A stretch of DNA of 63,714 nucleotides, filler included, from Reticulomyxa filosa (GCA_000512085.1; 25 parts of 25 records of this genome joined end to end with filler, not necessarily neighbours in it); one strand, 5' to 3'. Positions 40,117-53,929 are shown, numbered from the whole stretch's first letter. Numbers and translations are program-made. The notes: a model not told the origin generated them from the sequence alone.

Positions 40117-40887
40117 TGTTTGATTTTGATGAGAATGTTCGCATTTGTTAAACAAGCTTTTTTGGTGTGCAATATCTTGAGGCGTTTTTTCATTTCCTTC
40201 CACTCCTCCTGCTTCTTCTTTCAACAACGACTCTGTGTCAGATTGGACGACAGCACTTGCAACGCTGACTGTCGTCGAGTGAACACGTATTGACAATATT
40301 TAATTTTGTATTTATTATAATTTTTGCTTTTTTTATCTATTATTTGTTTTACAATTCGTTAATCATATTTTTTTGTCAGTTGCAAATTTTATGATTTGTG
40401 ATTTGTGCATTATTGTTTTGTCTTTACTTTTTGGTGAAAGAGAAACAGTGAATGTTTTGAATTCAAAATGACATACTCACTCTCACACAACTTGTGACTA
40501 CTTGTTAAGTTAGTAAATATTAGTTGCATAGCTTTTTTTAAGAATTTGTAATGAAAGATGACAAAACTGTATTAGAAGATTATTACTTACGAATAAAAGT
40601 CCAAGATTCAACCAAATAGTAAAATTGTTGTTTGTGTCACTTTTTTTTGTTTGTTTGTTATTTTGGATTGAATTAAATTGCATTACATTATTTTATTGCA
40701 TATTATCTATATGTCATTGAAATCTTTCGGTGATGCAAGCAAAAAAAACACAAAAGTGGAATGGATTAAATAAGTTTGGAATTTCTCTTTCTTCGAAGCG
40801 AAGTAGTTTTTGGATAGAATGTTTAATTTTTTGATGTAGTTTATTGGAAGCGGTCGAGCGTGGAGGAGGAGAAGACTGCGACGAAGG

Positions 40888-41729
40888 TTACGAAGATGTC
40901 TTTTTGGACCGGGATTGATCTCGACCACGATGTCCCATATTTTCGTCTATAGCCTTTGCCCACTTGCCTTGGCCAAATTTGGCTATCTCTGTGCTCTTCA
41001 ACTTATTTTTCTGTCGCATCACACGCGATTTTTTAATGGCAAAGATATCCTTTATATTATTCAATTGATAGTATTCCTTATGCTTCTCTTTGTAATAAAT
41101 ATTAGGAACAAGCTGACCATTATATGTGTCAGCTAGCTCTTTGCTGTTAAGCAAGTCGATACTGCGATATTTCTTCCACAGAAATTTGGACAGGTAGTGA
41201 ATCGTTTTGAACTTGTCTTCCCCTTTCATTTGAATCCAGCCACGCATGGTCGGTGTGTAGCAGATTGGAAGACACAGCGTTGCTCTTTTTTTGACATAGC
41301 GAGCCCTCTTTTGTAGTCGCACGACTTTCCTCTCCGAATCTGTGATTTGGCATCTTCTGACCTCACCGAAACAGCTGAACACGTTGCGCACACGTCTTGC
41401 TTCGCTGCTATGCTTTCAAGCTCTCCAATCGCTTCAGTTATTAACTGTCGACTGTGCCATATCTCGCGTGTTTCTTTCTTTATTATCTTTGGTGTTCCCC
41501 AAGGGATTTTCTCTTTGCTATCCATTTGTCAATGTTTGCTTCCATTTCTTCTCTTCGTTGTTGTTTCCAGATAGCTGCCAAATGCTTCTTCCAATATCTT
41601 GTCCACCAACGCGTTTTGTTGCTCTTCTTCAATGTCATTATGACACTCTGCTGAAGCGGAACCAGAGTCCTCTTCTTCTGTCTCTTTTTCTTCAGCTGCT
41701 TCAATAAATTTGCCATCTTCTTTTGACAT
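40888..41729 (-). CDS. RRM-like basic protein, possibly ESF2/ABT1-like; frameshifted in assembly
   Basis: Acidic N-terminus, RNVFSCFGEVRR...RGWIQM, Lys-rich C-terminus; three overlapping ORFs without clear introns. Confidence 0.45.
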
Positions 41730-44340
41730 GATATAGATTATCTATTATACACGTTCCCCCTTTCCAATTTTTTGGCTTTATTGAGTTTGAAGGAAACTAT
41801 TTTAAAGTTAGACAAGCGATATATCTTTTTTATATTTTCATTCAATACTATACTGCAAGAGGATATTATACGTGAGAATGAGCAAAGAGTTCTCGAGTAG
41901 TTCTAAAATAAATTCAATTTTATTTGAAAAAGCATTTATGAATGTCAAATGCAAAAAAATAAAATGAGTAAAATCATAACTTTTAATACCCTTTTAATTT
42001 CATTAGCTTTCCAAAAAAAGAAAGAACATTAAGACCTTATTCATATTTTTTTTCTTTTATTTATTTGAAGTTTACATTAAAAAATTGATATATTTATTAC
42101 ACATAAAATTCGCATTGACTCGTTAATCGTGGCAAATACAAATACACAAAATTTCCAATCAATCAAGTGCTGCCACGATACGTCGATAGTTTTTAGATTT
42201 TTTCTGTTGGGATATCATAACCACACTCTTTTTTTTAAAAAAATTTGATTGGGTGCACAACAGATCACGTCGTATTAACACTTCTCTCATCCAAACAAAA
42301 ACACATATTGACACTTATCTGAACAGATACAAAGCACTCGAACATACATTGTTTCAAGTGGAGGCAAGATGTCATCGATAAGTCCTATTGTTTAGCAAAA
42401 AACATTGAGGTTGGAAGTACTCTCAGGCATTATCGTGTCTGATTCGAAACTCCTTATGTGAAAAGAATGAAACAAAAACAAAAATCACACCTAATATTTG
42501 CACAACTACTAGATATCTTGTATAAAATTTTACACCTTATTTTCTTCAATTATGGAATGATTTGACATCTATTTCCCCTGTTTTTTTTGTTACATTTTTG
42601 AGAGCATTTATTTTCAAATTGCAAACTTAAGACCGCAAAAAACACTTGAAAGATTGAAATATTTAAAAAATTTGGAAAATAGAACAATGCGTACAAAACA
42701 ATGCATTAACGTTAGAGCAGCAGGCGCGAGTGGATTGATGGTGTTTGGTAAATCTTTACTTACTATCAAAGAATTACTCGATCAATGGAACAACTTTAAC
42801 AACAATATCATACGAAGGGAGTGTCTTATTCTTTGTCATGAACCCTTCATACCACTGCAATACGCCGCAAAATTCGTTAAAGTTTGATGCAAACAAGCTC
42901 GCTTCTCACTAACAACTGCTCCAATTACACTACCAACAAGTATTGATGACGAGATTGTTGAATTGCTCATTGAATTAGGCCAATATCAGTCAGTGGTGCA
43001 TAATATATTTTTTTAGTGTTACATATTTCTTCATTGTGATCATACACAACACTAAAATCTGTTGACATCGATAATGTATTGCAAGAGGGGTAAATTAAAA
43101 AAAGGTTGTAAAAGATCAAGAAATAATGCAATGACTTCCGAATGATAGAACAAGCGCTGATTCTGATCTCAAGCGTCTCGAAAACAAAAATATATATATA
43201 TCACGTGGCACCAAGAAAGAAATTGGCTTTCAAAACAGAATTTTCTTAACCAAAATAAAATTGGTTGGATCCTCATGCACCACTTGACACAACTGTGGAG
43301 TTGGGATGATTTGATCTTGCTCAAATTAAACAAAAATGATTTGCGTGGAAGACGGAAAAACAAAAATTCAATAAAAACTTGAAACATATTGTCAATTCTT
43401 ATCGTCTTGTTTGCTCAGTTTTTTCAAAGTTAGAAAATTTTGAAATTGACATGATGAAATATATCAATCATCGTCGTGGTGGATGACAAACTCTATTGTC
43501 GAAGCGAAGTTTCCAAACATTGGGATTTGCAAATTGAAAAATTATTGTTTGGCTCTACTGTAAACGCATATGAATATAACTGGAACAGAAATGATTTTCA
43601 CGCACAACACGCCCATTTGTTAGAATTTGGCGCCCAACTACCAAAAAGCAAATAAATTCTCACTATCCAATGCCTGCAATGTTTTACTCTTTCTTCCGAC
43701 AATTGTAATCGATTGTCAAATAAATCTATGAGTAAGCGTGTAAATTACTTTATTTATTTCTTCGTGTACTTTTTCTCTGTTCCCTTTTGTAACTTTTCAA
43801 ATAACTTTTTTTTTTGTCAACTGGCGTGTATTACAAAAACACAAAACAAGTGAAGAGAATCTTTTTGGAAATCATCTGCTTTGATTATGGTATCATTCGT
43901 TATTAATGTGCATTCAAGTTCGCAAGTTGTGTTTCGTTTTTCCGTTACAACTTAAAAAAGACCACAAAAAAACAATAAAGAACATCTACATAAAGGAGTT
44001 CATTGTTCTGTGGGCACTGTTGTCAACTCGGGACTAATTAAAAAGACAGATCACTTTGGATGAGATTCAAAAAAGGAAAGGGCATGTGCATAATTAGTGA
44101 GCCTTTTTTTTTGGGATGACATATATGAATGTATTATACGTACCTCGGAAGTAAAAAAAAGAAAATAATAATAATGATAATTACAGCAACCGAAGAATTA
44201 ACTATTTGGAGAATATACAATCCAGATNNNNNNNNNNNNNNNNNNNNNNNNNNNNNNNNNNNNNNNNNNNNTTAATTAATTAANNNNNNNNNNNNNNNNN
44301 NNNNNNNNNNNNNNNNNNNNNNNNNNNTTTTTTTTTTTTT

Positions 44341-44430
44341 TCCCAATGATAAGAAGCTATCAATCCATCAATATAATCTTAAATTCATTTCTCATACGCT
44401 GCAGAGATGAGTTACTGAATTGCAATCGAA
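44341..44430 (-). mobile_element. Second, more deleted copy of the LINE reverse-transcriptase fragment
   Basis: Colinear match to 45760-45880 (TCCCAA..TGATAAGAAGCT.TCAATCCA.CAATATAAT..AAATTCATTTCTCAT..ACGC..ACTGAATTGCAATCGAA). Confidence 0.8.
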
Positions 44431-44699
44431 AAAAATAAAAATAAAATATATATCATCATTGGCTAGCTAAAATCCAGCAAGGAGTAACATCCGAGTGCAA
44501 GAATGCCAAATACATCTACTCATCGTGACCTGGTATCTCATTAAATGCGAGGAGTCGCCACTGAAGACCGGAAATCGAAGACAAGACTCCTGAAGGCCTG
44601 TAAATTAAAAAAAGGCCGAAAACCAAGACAAAAATGCTTCAATAAATTTTGTGTTTGTTTTGTTTAAATTTGTAAGTGGTGATAACTGAGAGTGTTGAA

Positions 44700-46444
44700 T
44701 TTTAACTTTCAAAGCATCTGACGTCATCTCAATCTTCACCTAAACAAATTTTAAAATAAAATTATTGCTTCAATGTTGAGTGAGGTCCTTGTTTTACAAT
44801 ATTTTTCCTTTTGTCAATTCAACAAATTACATTCTTCCAGTTAAAAAAAAAGATAGTCAGGTCGATTTAATGGTCAAGTGTTGGATACTCTCGCTTCATC
44901 CAACTCGCACTACTTTTTGCACCAATTGCGGCGTAATTTACTGTACTGCAAACATTCCATCAGGAAATGTTCGACAGTTTCTTCTTCTTCACACCAAATA
45001 CAATCAGAAGAATCTGATCTTTGGATGTTGTACAAATAATCATTCAATCTAATTTTGCCACAAATCCAATGTCTGTTCCATTGCTCTGTAAAGAATTGAT
45101 TCAATTCATGATTATTCAGGAATGCCGCTGATCTATGTTTTGAATCAAATCTAATTGCTGGGCTTTCTTACGAGTATTATTTGCAACAAGATCCATTTAT
45201 TGAATATCGAATTGATCACGAGTGAGAATAATCAATGTTTTTTTGTTTGTTTTCTTTTTTTTTGAATAATCAATGCAATTCTCATTGCTTCGATATCTGA
45301 TCCGAGATTGCAAATGGTGATTTATTTGATTGTGGCATCATTGCAATTCGCATTGGTGAAATATTTGGGATTGGGTGTGAATCTGGTTCAATTGTTGGCA
45401 TTCCGGTACATCGTCGATAATTTACCAATCCATATAATTCAACTGGGCTTTGGCCTTGACTCATTCCAAATCTTGTATACCAACACAAGATTATGACCAT
45501 TGAATCGACATGATCATCTGATGCACTTGTGATACAACTTCATATCTTCTTGTCTTCGTCGAAATTCAAGAGGATGAAGTTGTGAAATAACATTGAGCCA
45601 TAAGCAGTCTATTTCATTACACTAAGAATTCTACACATTGCAATCCTTTGTATCCTTTCCAATCGTCCATTTATTCGACCAAATGGATACTTCATCCAGA
45701 CTTTGCTGCAATGATCGCAATTGATCACTTATCATTGACATTACTTGTAAATATCGATGTCCCAAGTTGATCTGATAAGAAGCTGTCAATCCACCAATAT
45801 AATTTAAATTCATTTCTCATTTTATATTCTCCAAACACTATCATACGCAGATATATCTAAGTCACTGAATTGCAATCGAATAACTTGTGGATGTCTCAGT
45901 CAATCTCAATAATAATTCATCTGTGTTATACCAGCCTTTGATCATTGGTTTCTGAGGTCCATTCATTTCCATTTAACCCTTGTCCTTTGGCAACATCAGT
46001 ATAAGAATAATTCTTTGGTTGCCGCTGCGCATTTGATTTAATTGGAATGTATTGAAATGCCTTCTTTCCTCAAGGTTTTCTCTTGCTTTGCGAATCACAT
46101 CACATTGCAATGAATCGTTTGGGTGCTGCTTTCGACATAATACACATTTGTATTTGCTTGGGTCATTCTTGTATCGGCATTTTGCCGCTTCGTGATTTAC
46201 CAATCCGCAATACTTACATACTTTGCGCTTTTTTGTGCATTCACGAACAATATGGTTCAATATGTATCATTTCCTGCATTTCTTGAAATGCGATTTTGAC
46301 CTTGATTTGCCTTTGTCCACTTTCACCATTGAATATTCGATCTGAATATCATTGTCTTTTAATCGAGCCAATTAGGGTAAAGACACCTTGCCTCGACCGT
46401 CGGATCTCCTTCACAAGCCTTGTTATCAGCGAGTGGGTTTCGGT
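44700..46444 (-). mobile_element. Degenerate, internally deleted non-LTR retrotransposon (LINE, RNase H-bearing type)
   Basis: ORF1 zinc knuckles CKYCGLVNHEAAKC and CVLCRKQHPNDSLQC; RT remnants DISAYDSVW, LYWWIDSFL and LQQSLDEVSIWSNKW; RNase H-like remnant near 45100-45350; C-terminal LNDYLYNI...CIWCEEEETVEHFLMEC zinc finger. Confidence 0.85.
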
Positions 46445-47529
46445 NNNNNNNNNNNNNNNNNNNNNNNNNNNNNNNNNNNNNNNNNNNNTTAATTAATTAA
46501 NNNNNNNNNNNNNNNNNNNNNNNNNNNNNNNNNNNNNNNNNNNNTTTTTTTTTTTTTCCTCTCATGCTTTTTGTTTTTTGTTGTGTTGGAGGAAGACAAT
46601 CTTTCGTTGTGAGACTCGGCCACTATTTTTAGTAGAACCACAACATCCTCCCAAACAACGGATTGTATTCTTTAGAATGTGTACTCGAGTTCGACGCACC
46701 TCACTAATATACTTTTTTTTTTTCATTCTCTTATGACCTCTTTTTTTCCCTGCTTTTCTTTATGTAGAGTGCATGCTTTGGGAAACTGGGTTAGGGTTCG
46801 AAGGGAAGGCGCAGGGAAAAAAAATGTTTAGAGACTGAACTGCAAGTTTTTTTACTGTCTTGCTTTATGCATTGACAAGGCCAAGAGAAATTATGGCACT
46901 CATTTTGCACAATGTGGTTCTATTGCCTATATAATTTTTTTTTCTCAGTTTTTAGTTCTTTTTGTTTTCATTTGTCAAATGCTGAATAAGGATAATACAT
47001 TTTCAAAATCAAAAACAAGTTATTAGGGATCTGGACTCTAACATATTGAAAACTTGCTGAATTTTCCAAATTATTACTTTTTCCAACCGATTTCATTTTG
47101 TTTGCTCCACAAACATCAACTTTTGTAAAGTATACATTTTGGTCTTTATTAAAGTCATGTAAGTATTTTTTCCGCTCTTTCTTTTTTATCTGTTGATAAA
47201 CAACTGAAGTGAATGAAAAGTGCAATTGTCCTTCAGTCAGAGCCCAGTATCTTGGGAAGCAATATCTTTTACTCTTATATCCGGTTATCAAATTCAGTGA
47301 CTTTACCTCTTTTTTTAATGTTTAATTTGTTTGAAAGACACAACCAATTTTTGGTAATTCAATTATAGATTCCACTTTCATGTGTGATTTTTTTCAATCC
47401 TTGTGCTTGTTCTGTAGTCGTTGTTTAGTTCAGTTTAGACACGTAAAAAGCACCTTTTTTCTAAATTTTCTTTTTCCAGTTCCTTTGGTTAGATTTAAAG
47501 AAAAAGTCGGAACAGAAAAAGATTAGACA

Positions 47530-47880
47530 ATGAAACTTTCCGGCCATTTAAAACTGCTTGTATGGAAAACTTGGTTAGGAAAAGAGATATACGTAAGGAG
47601 ACGGGGAGAGAAAGAGCGAGTATTTGAATGAGGTTTGATTGTTAAGCAAACAAACAAAAAAATATCCAGGACAGAGAAGACACGACGGCCTTTGGGATTT
47701 TTTTTTGAGGCATTTTTGCCAATCGTTTTGGCAATAGTGTTAGTAATTGCAAGGCAAGGTTCATTGCAAAATGTGGTGTATTATTCGAGGTATTACGGGC
47801 TCTCATTTCCCTCGTTCAGTATTTTGCCAATAACCTCGTTGCCAACCACCATAAACCACATGGGCATTTGTGACGATGGT
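47530..47880 (+). CDS. ABCA-subfamily transporter N-terminus (partial)
   Basis: MKLSGHLKLLVWKTWL...RRPLGFFFEAFLPIVLAIVLVIAR matches the ABCA leader LLLWKN...R.P...E..LP plus TM1. Confidence 0.75.
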
Positions 47881-48079
47881 AAAAGAGGAAAACTTGTCTA
47901 TGTTGAAGAAAAAAAAAANNNNNNNNNNNNNNNNNNNNNNNNNNNNNNNNNNNNNNNNNNNNTTAATTAATTAANNNNNNNNNNNNNNNNNNNNNNNNNN
48001 NNNNNNNNNNNNNNNNNNTGTACATAAAGAAAAGAAGAGAGAGAGAGAGAGGAGATTTATATTTTTTTTAAAAAAAAGA

Positions 48080-48941
48080 GGGCTTGCGAAAAAAAGAATG
48101 ACGATGCAAACGAAGAACTCGAGGTGCTATGCAAGACAATGACGGACATTGTAAGTGAGTTGAAGACGACACAGTTGGAATACTTGTTTGAACAATTTGC
48201 AAGTATGCCGATGGAACAATGGAAAGAGCAGCATATGCGTATGTTGAAAGTGTTGCTCAAAAGTTCGAAAGACGCCATTGGCGGTGCTCCTGCGGAAAAG
48301 GTTTTGAATGTGTTGTGGGATATCATTATGATGAAGACAACAACAACAATAACGACGAAAACGATGAAGATGCAAGAGAATAACTGTGTCGAGTCTAACT
48401 TGACAGACAAGGCCAAGGAGGTCGTGAAAACTGCTTTGAGCTCTTCGCACTACGCCAAACAACCACGACTGCAAATGCTACTGAGATGCATAACCAATTT
48501 CACTCAACATCAAACTGTCGTGTCATCGTGCCAGGTCTTGCAGATGCTTCTCGCTTTGTATCCCATTGCTACCATTGCTCCGGACAATGTCGATCGTCCT
48601 ACCATCATACGTATACTCGAATCCAAACACAACCTTCTCCAGTGCTTCTTCCAAGACGTGCGATTCTTCAAAGATCAGGCGCTCATCAAAGTCAAGGAAC
48701 TTGGCCTCTCCGATGCAGAGCTTCATTCAAAGATCAATGACATGAAATACATCCATGATACAAGTCCATTTACATTTCTCGAGGATGTCAAACTGCGCTT
48801 TGCCTTTTTGGATTTTGTTATCACCCACTCGGATATTCGCATTCGAAATGATCATTTGGATATCTTTTGGGAGTCTTTCATTCTTCATTCTATCACCGAG
48901 GCTGAAAAAGCAGAGGCGTTTCAATGGATTGCCAAATTACT

Positions 48942-48973
<32 letters not shown>

Positions 48974-51900
48974 CGGAGATCACGGCCGCGTCACAACATA
49001 AATGCTTCGAAGATGACGTTCCTCAACACTTGTTTCAATACAAGTTCTTGAAAGAGTATCCCCTGACACAATGACCATGGCTGCCTATCAGCCTTTCCAA
49101 ACTTGCTTTCTCTTTGCCAATCATGCCAAAGGTCATATTCTGCTTTCATCCGAAAATGGAAACTCTTTTTTGGTCACAAACTTCAACCAACTCGTTGGCT
49201 TAGATTTTTTGTGGCTTCTCATGCTGAATGCACGTGACCAAGCAGTTGCTCAAAAATCTATCGCGTTCTTCAATGCTCTTGCAAGTCAATTGCACACACA
49301 ATTACAATCCCAAATCCCGTCGATTCGCAAATCTATTGTGGACCAAGCTATGAAATTACTCGCCGACGCCATTGCGGCTTACAAAAAAGAGCCTGCTGCT
49401 CAAGCCAGAAACCAATGTGTAAGGATTTTGTACTTGTTAGACCAGTTCCTAACCACAACCGAGTCCAGAGGACTGAAAGGACATCGTCCACACAATGCCC
49501 TGTCTCGAGGCCGCGGATTGTCCATCCATGTTGAGTCCACGCATTTACATTCCCTTAACAAGTCACCACATTTCTCATTAACCGTTCATGAAAATGATTC
49601 ATTGTGGGAGTTGAGATGTGCCATTGCTGCGAAATTGGATTGCTTTCCAGAAGCATTAGACTTGTCATGCTCCGGCTCGAAATTGCAAGAAATATCCAAT
49701 CCCTTCGCCATTGCCTCATTAAACGTGAAGAGTGGAGACACTATTTATGTTGCGAAAAATGACAAGTCATTGAGGCTTCCTTTGTTGACATCCGCAAATC
49801 CTCCACAGCTGGTTGACGGTGCCAAGTTAGCACTTGAGAATATCTTTAAAAAATTTGCAAAAAATAAAGATGGGACTATGTCACCAAACGACATGCAAGA
49901 TTACATTCGAGCATGCGGCGGCAAAGAAGCCGCTTCAAGCAAAGCGAGAGTGCAAAGCATATTTTCACAATTTGGAGGTTCGGAAAATCGCTTCTGTCTG
50001 ACCGAATTTCTTAACTTTTATGCACAAGTGGCCAGCGACTGTCCAGAGAGTTTGTGGAGTGATTTGATCGTATTTGAATACCGTCACGACTTGAGATTGG
50101 CGAACGAGATCAAAAAAGAAGGAGAAGAGCAAGAAGAGAAGTCATCGTTGACGACAGGTTCCCCACCTTTTCTGCCCCGCTGCATACTGGCTCACGATGT
50201 TAAGTCTGACGCACACACACGCACACAAAAAAAAAAAGAAATAATTTTTTTTATCCATTGTTTGTTGTTGTTTTTTTTTTTTTTTTTTTGAAAATAATCT
50301 TTGTTCTAAAAAACAAGCAACTTACATATTAACAGTACTTTGACCAGTTGTTCAATGATTGCCTCAGTTTGGATGACGCCGAGGTGGTATCAGCAGCATG
50401 GAATTTGTTGCTCCGACTGCCAACGAATGAAAAATGGCGTGCGCAGATGCAATCGTTGGAAATGATTGAAAGCGAGAGCGATTGGAAGAAGCTATTGCCA
50501 ACGGACAATGTGTTTCGACTGACGTATTCGCTGTTGATATGTGAGTGGTTGTCCACCGATTGGGACTGTATTGCGGATGAAAAGATGTGGAAAGAGCGAA
50601 TATCGTGGCGTCGCAAATTCCAAAGTAAGCAAGGATTTTCTCATTTGGTGTATGTGTTCCACTCTATCGAATATGTAAGTCCATCTCCATCTTCATCTTC
50701 ATCTTCATCTCCAAAGCTATTGTCGACCGGCAATGTGTGTTTCCAAAGCGTAACAGCTGCCACAAAACTTGCCATTGCATGTGTGACGAAAATGTTGTTT
50801 GCAATGTTGACCAGCGCTCTCGAGTGCGTGCCGAGCATGCAGACTGTGGCTGACCATATCCGCGACCAGCAATTGAACGAAGTGAATTATGAAAAATCAG
50901 AGGAAGAGGAAGAAGAGAAGGAGAAGAAGGAAGAGAAGGAAAAAAAAAAGACAAGTAGCAATGAAAATGAAGACGATACCAAAAAAGATGATTCTGAAAT
51001 GGACTTGGAATCCGCCTATCGCTTTTTGGACGCATTTCTGACCAAAGAAGATGACAAAGCAGAGAAAGGGGACGACGAGGACGACTTCAACGACGATATG
51101 CACATCTATCTGCGCAAACGCTATGAGCAAGATCTTGTCGCTGCGTCATCCATGCCAAAAGAGTTGCTCGTCGCCGTCTCTGCCTCTGCAACAGGCCCCA
51201 AATCCAATCCAAACACAGCCAGTAAAAACACGGATGAAAAAGCAAAGCAAGATGATACATCGATTACAGATAAGAAAATCTCAAGTAGTAGTGATTCACA
51301 AGTCATATCTCCAAACAAAAACAAAGACAAAGAAAAAGATAAGATAATGCAATTTTACGAGGCAATGAAAGCAATGATGCAAGAGTATAGTGACAAGCTT
51401 GTGAATAGACTCGACTATGGTGCATTGCAATCACAGCTGTTACACTTGCTTACATCGGCCTTGGCAGATCCCAGCGACACACGGGAAAGGACTTGGGTAA
51501 TCGTATACTCGATCAAGCTTTGGGTGTGCGTGCTGCTCGTGCGTCCGTCCTTACTGTTGTCCAGCGCATTCCAGACTGTGCGAAAAGATCCATCGTGTAT
51601 CCTCTCTGCGTTGCGATCCACTCGCACCGACATTAGCGACGAGTTTGCAAAATTGATCCATGTGCTATGCAAAGTCATCGGAGACTCGTCCATGCATCCT
51701 CCTCCGGAGCTGAACAAAGAAGAAGAGATCTCTCCTGTTCAAGTCACGCACTTCTTTTTGGCAGACATTTTATTAACCCATTTGCCAAGTAGCATCGATT
51801 CCTCCTCTCTCCCACTCGTCCATCACGAATCCTATTATCGTCTGCTTTTGCAGCTGCTGCAATTGTACATTGACAAGTTTCACGCGTCTGTGTCCGGCTT

Positions 51901-52690
51901 TACTTCGCTGTTGCACTACTTGATCGACGCATTGAAGAAGCACACGAGCAAGGAGTCCTTCCAACATCCTATCGTTGATCAAGTCTTGCTTGACTTGATG
52001 TCCTTGCTCTCTTTACTTTTGTCTGCTGACAAAGACTTTCGAAAACAAGCCGCACAACACAAGTTTTTTTGTTTTTTTTTATTACAAAAAAAAAAACTTA
52101 ATAATTTTTATTATATACATATGTGTACATATAATAATTTTTTTTTTTTTTTTAACGAAAAAAAAAAAACTCAATGCCAAACACAGACTTGCGGAAGAAA
52201 TTTTCAATAATTTCCTGTTTGCAACTGGAGTAACCGACGAAGACAAAAAACACAATTGGCCGAAATGCAAAACTGCGCACAGTCGCAAACTTGGCTATCG
52301 CTTGTTGGTGCAACTCTGCATGGACACGCCCGACAACTTTTGCCAGGTGAACCAACTGATCCGCGCCACCCTCGACAAAGTGCAACCTCCTACGATGCAC
52401 GATTACGCGCCCGAACGCGACGTTCGATCGCTGCACGGATACATTGGCCTGCAAAACTTGGGCGCCACTTGCTATATGAACTCGGTGCTGCAGCAGTTTT
52501 ATATGGCTCCTCATTTCCGTAATGCCGTGCTGTGGAGTGGCAAACAGCTTACCTTGCACTTGACGCCTCAGGAGAAAAATAATTCGGCTTTGTATCAATT
52601 GATGCAAATGTTTTCGCACTTGGCATTGTCCGATAAACGCATATTCGACACCACTGGATTTTGTGGAGCATATCGAGATGACAAAGTTGA
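48080..52690 (+). CDS. USP9X/USP24/USP34-like ubiquitin C-terminal hydrolase (multi-exon, partial)
   Basis: Helical solenoid region, ubiquitin-like domain (VHENDSLWELRCAIA...GDTIYV), EF-hand-like pair, AWNLLLRLPTN, and Cys box GYIGLQNLGATCYMNSVLQQFYM; probable homopolymer frameshift near 49060. Confidence 0.92.
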
Positions 52691-52737
52691 GTAACAGCAG
52701 TGCAAAGGATCACTTAAGTGAGTCTATTATATCAAAG

Positions 52738-52781
<44 letters not shown>

Positions 52782-53507
52782 TTNNNNNNNNNNNNNNNNN
52801 NNNNNNNNNNNNNNNNNNNNNNNNNNNTTAATTAATTAANNNNNNNNNNNNNNNNNNNNNNNNNNNNNNNNNNNNNNNNNNNNGACTTTGAGAATACGAA
52901 CAGTTGTCATGAGGTTCAACTGGACAAGAATTTGTGTTTTGATTAAGGAATTGATTCAAGGAACTCTCTCCAGCGATCAATGATTCATTAATGCTATTAT
53001 GTTGAGTACAATTAATTTCCATTGGGTTGTTCTTGGTTTCTTAAGTAGATGATGTAAAGGAATTGATCCTGGAGTTTTTTTTTGGAAGTTTTTTTGAACT
53101 GGGGAAGTTTGTTGTGACCAACTCTAATTTTTTTTTGTACAAGAATCACACCATTTGAAAAAAAATTAATTTTAAAAGTTGTTTTTACTATTAAAATTAA
53201 AAATGATAGTATATTCTAATTATTGAAATCATGTGAGAAAGTAGATAAAACATTTATTGTTAAACATGAGACTTTATTGTAACTTTCACATAAAAAAAGA
53301 ATTAAATAAAAATGCTATCATCATATTTTTCCTTCTTTTCATCAATCACAAAAATAAGTTATCAAAAAAAATTATCCTCTTCAATTGAAAGTTACTTTTA
53401 AATTGGAGTTGCATCTGTATCACTTTCATTTTAATTTTCTTATTGGAAAAAAAGATTGAAAAAACGCATATTCACTCAAAGTCAAATTAACTAACAAGAT
53501 ATCTTCA

Positions 53508-53929
53508 CTATCCCCAAATACGAATCAAACCACCACATGAACCGTAACACAAATTAATACCACAACCAACATCATTATTGATTTTTCTCTTCGTTTTATT
53601 CTTTTTTAATTGTAAAAAATTCAAACACATTATCCCTCCATCTTCACCATCTCCTTTCATTACATACAATTGATTCTTATTTAATCGAATATCCCAAAAA
53701 CGAATTGTATTATCTTCTGATCCAGAACATATCACATTTGAATTACCAATACCATTCTTTATTACAAATGGTGAATAATCAACAGCGTACACATAACTTG
53801 TATGTCCATTGAACCCTTTAATTTGTTCACCAGATCGAATATCCCATAAACAAACACTTTCATCATCTGATCCAGATAATACTGTATTCAATAATTCATT
53901 TGATCCATATTTTACACTCCGCACAGTAC
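53508..53929 (-). CDS. WD40-repeat protein C-terminus (same family as 14633-15812)
   Basis: VRSVKYGSNELLNTVLSGSDDESVCLWDIRSG...CSGSEDNTIRFWDIR...IRIWG*. Confidence 0.93.

Noticed and set aside
44548-44625. Hammerhead ribozyme-like motifs (CTGAAGA...; CTGAAGGCCT...AGGCCGAAA) near the LINE 3' end
   Set aside because: Neither has a complete CUGANGA/stem II/GAAA/stem III/UH arrangement, and the minus strand reads as a polypyrimidine-AG acceptor plus an exon-like relic. An Infernal search with hammerhead models would settle it.
46968-47291. 107-aa minus-strand ORF upstream of ABCA
   Set aside because: Non-ATG start, no recognisable motif, AT-rich context; not supportable as a gene.
49060-49075. 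Programmed frameshift or coupled ORFs in the USP gene (similar cases near 11135, 16490 and 41390)
   Set aside because: Most of these breaks fall at or near short homopolymers in an assembly rich in such errors; sequencing indels are the simpler explanation.
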